64,000 nt of DNA from Pedobacter sp. Its GTDB lineage: Bacteria; Desulfobacterota; Desulfuromonadia; Desulfuromonadales; Syntrophotaleaceae. Both the position numbers and the translations under genes were made by a program. Below are positions 59,144-64,000 of this stretch, in pieces (positions within the stretch are counted from its first letter, which is position 1; each line of letters opens with the position of its first letter). The notes beneath the pieces were generated by a model, which made no database searches, was not told the origin of the DNA, and saw nothing but the letters and a program-made list of their open reading frames with translations. The DNA is taken from assembly GCA_050253415.1 (NCBI GenBank), contig JBFWJC010000001.1:872679-936678 (forward strand), in the 5' to 3' direction.

Positions 59144-59359
59144 TCATGAATGGCGTTTTCTGGCTCTGCGGTCGACAAGGTACGCGATGAGCATGCCGAG
59201 GACCATCCCCACCAGCAGGGTCATGAGCAGCAATACCGCCAGGGGAGCCGTCATGGTCAGGTAAAGGATTCTGACCGGCACCTCAACGGTATTTTGCAGG
59301 ATGATAAACAGGGCCAGCACGGCCAGGATGAAGAAGCTGTACATTTTTAGACTTTTCAT
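59144..59359 (-). CDS. LapA/DUF1049 family small membrane protein
   Basis: Two TM segments with I.QN...V pattern and a basic tail. Confidence 0.75.
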   Translation of the reverse strand: MKSLKMYSFFILAVLALFIILQNTVEVPVRILYLTMTAPLAVLLLMTLLVGMVLGMLIAYLVDRRARKRHS

Positions 59360-59449
59360 AGAGAGAATCTCCCCAGGCGGCTCGATCGAGCCGCCTTTGT
59401 ATGTTTTGAGCAAAGGAGGGGGATGCCGATAGCCATGTTGCCGGAATTG

Positions 59450-60661
59450 TCAGACGGTGATTTCCCCCGCTTTTTGCAAGGCTCGTCTGGCCAGTAGTGG
59501 GCCGATCAGCTCATGGATAACCGTAGCGCCCAGGGTCACACTCATGACCGTATCGGCCACCTCCGCAAAATCGGGGTTGTTTTTGAGTAGCAGGGCCAGG
59601 CCTATAACGATGCCGCCCTGGGGCAACAGTCCCCAGAACAGGTGGCGTTTCACCTGTATCGAAGCATGAGACAGCGCTGCGCCGGCTCGGCTACCCAGCC
59701 ATTTTCCAAGACTGCGCAGTACTACGAAACCGACGATCAACGCTAAACTGGTACCAAGCATTTTAAGATCGAGCAACATGCCGCTGAGGGTAAAGAACAG
59801 GGCAAAGATCAACTCCTCCGTATAACGCTCGAGCATTTTAAAAATCATTTGGCGGCGTGGATTAAAGTTGGCGACCACCGTGCCCATGCTCAGAGTACCC
59901 AGTAATTCATCCCCACCGAACACATGAACAGTACCGAAAACCAGAGTCAGGGCGGCGAAGATCAGAACAATTAAAGCCCCCTCCGTCTCCCTGCGAAAAA
60001 GTTCCGTCAAGATGTTGAATACCAGCCCGCCCGCAATCCCGATGCCGACGCCGATCAGAATCATGCTGGTTGGATGCCATAACAACATTCCCAGATTGGT
60101 CCCCGGTGCCGCAACCAGCAGACTGGCAAGGCCGGTCGACAGGGAAAAGTTGAGGATGGCCAGGACATCGTCCAGGGCAGCCACGCCCATGATTGTCGTG
60201 GTGACATCACCGCGAGCCCTGTATTCGTGGGCGACAGCCAAGGTTGCCGATGGGTCGGTCGGTGTCGCCAGCGGGGCCAGCAGGAGCGCCAGCAGCGACG
60301 GGGCAGGCCATCCCAGCAGCCAGCCGGCGACAATCAGGCCGGTGCCAACGGCCAGCATGGCGGTCTGCGCTTCCCCAATGGCGATCCAGAGGATACTGCG
60401 TCCCAGACGCTTAAGATGAGGAAACAGCAGTGATCCCCCGACCGAAAAGGTGATGAAGGCCAGGGCCAGGTTGGTGATGAATTCGGTGTGATCGGGAAAA
60501 TCACGGGGGATGATCGGCATCAGTCGCGGGTTGAGCGCGATGCCGGCCAAAATGTACCCGGTGATTTTTGGCAGTTTGACAACCCGGGCAATTTCCCCAC
60601 CGATCAGGGCGCCCAACAGGATGATGCCGATAATCAGAGTTGTATCCATTGCATGACTCAT
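59450..60661 (-). CDS. Cation:proton antiporter (CPA2-like)
   Basis: LPKITGYILAG, TDPSAT, ALDD and LLPQGGIVIGL. Confidence 0.9.
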   Translation of the reverse strand: MSHAMDTTLIIGIILLGALIGGEIARVVKLPKITGYILAGIALNPRLMPIIPRDFPDHTEFITNLALAFITFSVGGSLLFPHLKRLGRSILWIAIGEAQTAMLAVGTGLIVAGWLLGWPAPSLLALLLAPLATPTDPSATLAVAHEYRARGDVTTTIMGVAALDDVLAILNFSLSTGLASLLVAAPGTNLGMLLWHPTSMILIGVGIGIAGGLVFNILTELFRRETEGALIVLIFAALTLVFGTVHVFGGDELLGTLSMGTVVANFNPRRQMIFKMLERYTEELIFALFFTLSGMLLDLKMLGTSLALIVGFVVLRSLGKWLGSRAGAALSHASIQVKRHLFWGLLPQGGIVIGLALLLKNNPDFAEVADTVMSVTLGATVIHELIGPLLARRALQKAGEITV

Positions 60662-60816
60662 TTCGCAGGCGGTAAGTGTCCCGTGTGGTTATTCCTGACT
60701 TCCGACTATGGCCTTTATAAGCACGTCCTGCGATGTTGCGCTTTGGTGGCACCCAAAATGTCTCAGAAATATCTGACGCGATTACCTGCGCAGGACACTG
60801 GGTCGCAAGGTTTTCT

Positions 60817-62391
60817 CTATACCGGTAAGGGCCCGGCGTAACGGTGTGAAAGTTGTGTGGCCCAGCCCTGTCGATCGTGTTTCAGGGCCTGTGGTAGAAG
60901 GTCGAGAATATCCTGGGCGGTCATGCCGTCTTCCCCCTGCCTCAGTGCGGCAAGATCCCCGGCTGCACCGTGCAGGAAAACCCCCTTGCACACCGCTTGT
61001 TCCAGGCTCAGGCCGAGTCCGTGCATGGCGGCGATGGTGCCGGTCAACACATCCCCGGAGCCGGCCGAAGCCATACCGCTGTTGCCGCTGAGGTTGATGA
61101 ACACACGTCCGTCCGGGCAGCCGATCAAGGTGTGAGCTCCTTTCAGGACGATAATAGCGTTCAGATCGGCGGCGGCCCGTTGCACGCTACCGATGCGATC
61201 CTTCTCCAATGTTTCGATGCTTTGCCCGGTCAGGCGAGACATCTCTCCCATATGGGGGGTGAGTACGGTGGGCGCAGGGCGTGTGCGTACCAGATCCAGA
61301 TTTTGGCAGATGGCGGTAATGCCATCGCCGTCGATAAGCAGGGGCCGCTCGATGGCGGCTGTCAGCTCTCGCACCAGTTGCTGGGTTTGTGTTTCGAGGG
61401 ACAACCCTGGTCCGATCACCGTCATATCGAGTCCATTGGCCAGTTTAAGCAGGGTGTCCCGGTTGGACAGTGCAATGCTGCCCATATCGGTGCTTAGCTG
61501 GGGCAAGAATACGATTTCGCTGCCTTTCATGGCGATAAACGGCGTGATGGCGGAGGGTGCCGCCAGACGGCTGTAGCCGCCGCCTGCTTTGAGGTAGGAC
61601 AAGGCGGCAAAACAGGGGGCGCCCAGATAACCGGCGGCGCCTGCAATGAACAGGGCCTGGCCGAAACTTCCCTTGTGGCCGGTATCGGATCGTGCCGGCA
61701 ACGGCGGCGGGGCATTTACGGCGACTTTAAGTTCGTCGTTGGTGTGCAATGCCGGCGGGAAAGAGATGTGACTGACATGCAATTGGCCCCCGAAGGCAAA
61801 GCCGGGGAAAAGCAGATTTCCAATCTTCGGCAGACCAAAGCTTACCGTCTGGGTAGCCTGGATGGCACAGCCGAGTACCTGGCCGGTGTCCCCGTGCACG
61901 CCTGATGGAATGTCGAGGCTCAGAACCGGCTTGCCGCAGGCATTGATGGATTCAATCACTTCCTGATGCAGCCCGGTGACCTCGCGGGCAAGGCCGGTGC
62001 CGAAGATGGCATCGATCACTGCGGCACAATGCGCCAGTCCTACGCTAAGCCCTGACGCACTGTCGAGTTGCTTTATGACTATGGGCATGCGGCGAATGAT
62101 ATTGAGATTAAGCCGCGCGGCTCCGCAAAATTTCTCGGCGTCTCCAAGAATCAGTATCGTAGGCACGCCGCCGGCCGAATGAATCTTGCGCGCGACGACA
62201 AAGCCATCGCCGCCATTGTTTCCAAGTCCGCAAAAGACCATGAATCTGCGTCCCTGCATGGGACCCATTTTTTCCAGAACGGAGAACGCGGCGTGCCCGG
62301 CATTTTCCATGAGTATCTCTTCGGGGATGCCGTACTCCTCGATGGCAGCGCGATCCATGGCGCGCATCTGGTCGACCTGGCTGACTTTCAT
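60817..62391 (-). CDS. nnr: Bifunctional NAD(P)HX epimerase/dehydratase
   Basis: LMENAG, GNNGGDG, DAIFGTG, HKGSFG, LTPH.GE and GSGDVL. Confidence 0.95.
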   Translation of the reverse strand: MKVSQVDQMRAMDRAAIEEYGIPEEILMENAGHAAFSVLEKMGPMQGRRFMVFCGLGNNGGDGFVVARKIHSAGGVPTILILGDAEKFCGAARLNLNIIRRMPIVIKQLDSASGLSVGLAHCAAVIDAIFGTGLAREVTGLHQEVIESINACGKPVLSLDIPSGVHGDTGQVLGCAIQATQTVSFGLPKIGNLLFPGFAFGGQLHVSHISFPPALHTNDELKVAVNAPPPLPARSDTGHKGSFGQALFIAGAAGYLGAPCFAALSYLKAGGGYSRLAAPSAITPFIAMKGSEIVFLPQLSTDMGSIALSNRDTLLKLANGLDMTVIGPGLSLETQTQQLVRELTAAIERPLLIDGDGITAICQNLDLVRTRPAPTVLTPHMGEMSRLTGQSIETLEKDRIGSVQRAAADLNAIIVLKGAHTLIGCPDGRVFINLSGNSGMASAGSGDVLTGTIAAMHGLGLSLEQAVCKGVFLHGAAGDLAALRQGEDGMTAQDILDLLPQALKHDRQGWATQLSHRYAGPLPV

Positions 62392-62709
62392 GGGGTGATC
62401 CCTCCATAGATCAGACACCGCCCTGGTCGGTGCGGCGGGTCATCAAAACAGGCTTGCGTACGTAAAGAGAACGCTGCAACGGAGCCGGAGTGAATCGCTG
62501 CGCACTTTTGCTTCCTTCTGGATGATATCACGCGCTCGATGCGAAGCAATAGGGGCGGGGTCTGGCTGATGTTGCGAAAATCAAGGAGATCTTAGCCTAT
62601 AACGGGTGAAGGTGTCAAAATCCGCGCGGCGGATAAATGTAATATTTTCGATTACCTTGCAACCTTGTTCCGGGAGGTCCGGCCTCTGCAGTCCCGCTGG
62701 TGCGGCAGG

Positions 62710-64000
62710 TCAGGCGATGCAGTTACGCCCCTTGCTTTTGGCTCGGTAAAGGGCTTTGTCTGCCTGTTCGAAAAGCTGCTGAGGCCGGGAAAGCTGTGAC
62801 GGTGTCATGGTGGCGATGCCAATGCTGACGGTAACAATCGGTGCGACCTGTGACGCGGAGTGGGGAATGTCCAGCAGGGCAATGCGCTGTTGAATGCGCT
62901 GGGCAAACAGCTGCGCTTTTTCGTCATTTAATCCGGGCAACAACAGGATGAATTCTTCGCCGCCGTAGCGGGCCGCCAGATCGGAGGAACGGTGGGCTAA
63001 CTCGGACAGCACGCCAGCGATGGCTTTCAGACATTGGTTGCCAGCCTGGTGGCCATAGGTGTCGTTGTATTGTTTGAAATAATCGACATCACATAAAATC
63101 AGAGACAACGGCTCCTGGCGACGTTGCATCAGCCCCCACATCTGTTGCAGGAATCCTTCAAAATGTGTGTAGTTGGCAAGCTGGGTCAGGCCGTCCATCA
63201 GCGACAGCGTCTGAAGTCTATGGTTCGCCTTGCGTAAGGCGGCATTGGCGTGACCCAGATCGCGGGTGCGTTTGGCAACGCGTTTTTCCAGTAATTGATT
63301 CTGGCAGGCGATCTGTTCCGCAAGGTTTTCATTGTCGCTGAATATGCCCTCCACGGTGTTGAACCACGGCTGCCAGCAACGGGGAACTTTGATTTCAGGT
63401 TTGGGCTGACGCCGGCTCAGGGCCAGCATGAATTTCAGAAAAATCTTTGAGGGCCGGACGATATAGATGTGGGTAATGAACATCCATGCTGCTACCACCA
63501 GGGACAATTCCACCATTAGAAGCAGGGGACCGACGCCGAGATGCTGCAGAGTTGCCTGCATCCATGTTTGATTTCGGCGGTAAAAAATCAGTTGCCAGGG
63601 GGCTTGTTGCAGAGGCATGCGCAAAACGCTATAGGTCCCCCAATTGCGCAGCTGCCCCGCTGGGATTGCCGCGAAATCATCCACCTGCAGGCCAGCAGGG
63701 AGAATTTGCTCCAGGGTCAGGGAACGGGCAGGGTTTCCGGCAATCGGGGTCGGAGAGGCCAATAAGTGCTCCTGCTCATCGATGAGTAGTAGCGTGCCCT
63801 GTTCGGCTTCGAGGAAGGCAGCGGATTCGAAAAGCTCACGCAGGTTGAAGTCCATGGCTATGACGCCGAGAAACCGATCGCCAAAGTAGACTGGCGCCGC
63901 ACAGGTGGCCGTCGGATTGTCTGCTGTCTTTTTAAAAGGCGTATGCGACCAGTAGAGTTGGCGCGAAGGGTTGTGCGTCGGCGCCCCGGCCATAAACAGG
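62710..64000 (-). CDS. Cache-type sensor GGDEF protein (5' partial)
   Basis: Cache-like periplasmic region, TM segment, coiled coil; DVDYFKQYND, RSSD and GGEEF; continues beyond the window. Confidence 0.88.
   Translation of the reverse strand, partial: LFMAGAPTHNPSRQLYWSHTPFKKTADNPTATCAAPVYFGDRFLGVIAMDFNLRELFESAAFLEAEQGTLLLIDEQEHLLASPTPIAGNPARSLTLEQILPAGLQVDDFAAIPAGQLRNWGTYSVLRMPLQQAPWQLIFYRRNQTWMQATLQHLGVGPLLLMVELSLVVAAWMFITHIYIVRPSKIFLKFMLALSRRQPKPEIKVPRCWQPWFNTVEGIFSDNENLAEQIACQNQLLEKRVAKRTRDLGHANAALRKANHRLQTLSLMDGLTQLANYTHFEGFLQQMWGLMQRRQEPLSLILCDVDYFKQYNDTYGHQAGNQCLKAIAGVLSELAHRSSDLAARYGGEEFILLLPGLNDEKAQLFAQRIQQRIALLDIPHSASQVAPIVTVSIGIATMTPSQLSRPQQLFEQADKALYRAKSKGRNCIA

Overview
A 64-kb, moderately GC-rich chromosomal segment. 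Gene content suggests an anaerobic Desulfuromonadales bacterium such as Pelobacter/Syntrophotalea (inference). It holds about 55 genes covering RNA/translation (rhlE-like, RluA, ABC-F, EfpL-type EF-P), envelope (PBP1A, alpha-2-macroglobulin-pbpC, OmpA with TSP3 repeats, LemA-GIDE, MscS), acetate and glycogen metabolism (satP, ackA, malQ), uvrC, nnr, chemotaxis (MCP, cheW) and four GGDEF proteins. No rRNA, tRNA, CRISPR array, transposase or integrase was found. Signals the ORF track misses: (1) two GEMM-I riboswitches, both with A at the specificity position linked to cyclic AMP-GMP sensing and each followed by an intrinsic terminator; one precedes cheW, the other a TonB receptor-YfiR-HAMP/GGDEF/EAL operon; (2) a GGDEF protein with Asn in place of the guanine-specificity Asp; (3) an orphan MoxR-AAA plus DUF2201/vWA pair whose HExxH reads HLVMH; (4) probable integron-cassette (attC) relics; (5) a decayed paralogue of the VOC gene; (6) an unannotated 34-aa Lys-rich protein; (7) a catalytically degenerate FolE2; (8) several palindromic or MITE/REP-like intergenic elements.
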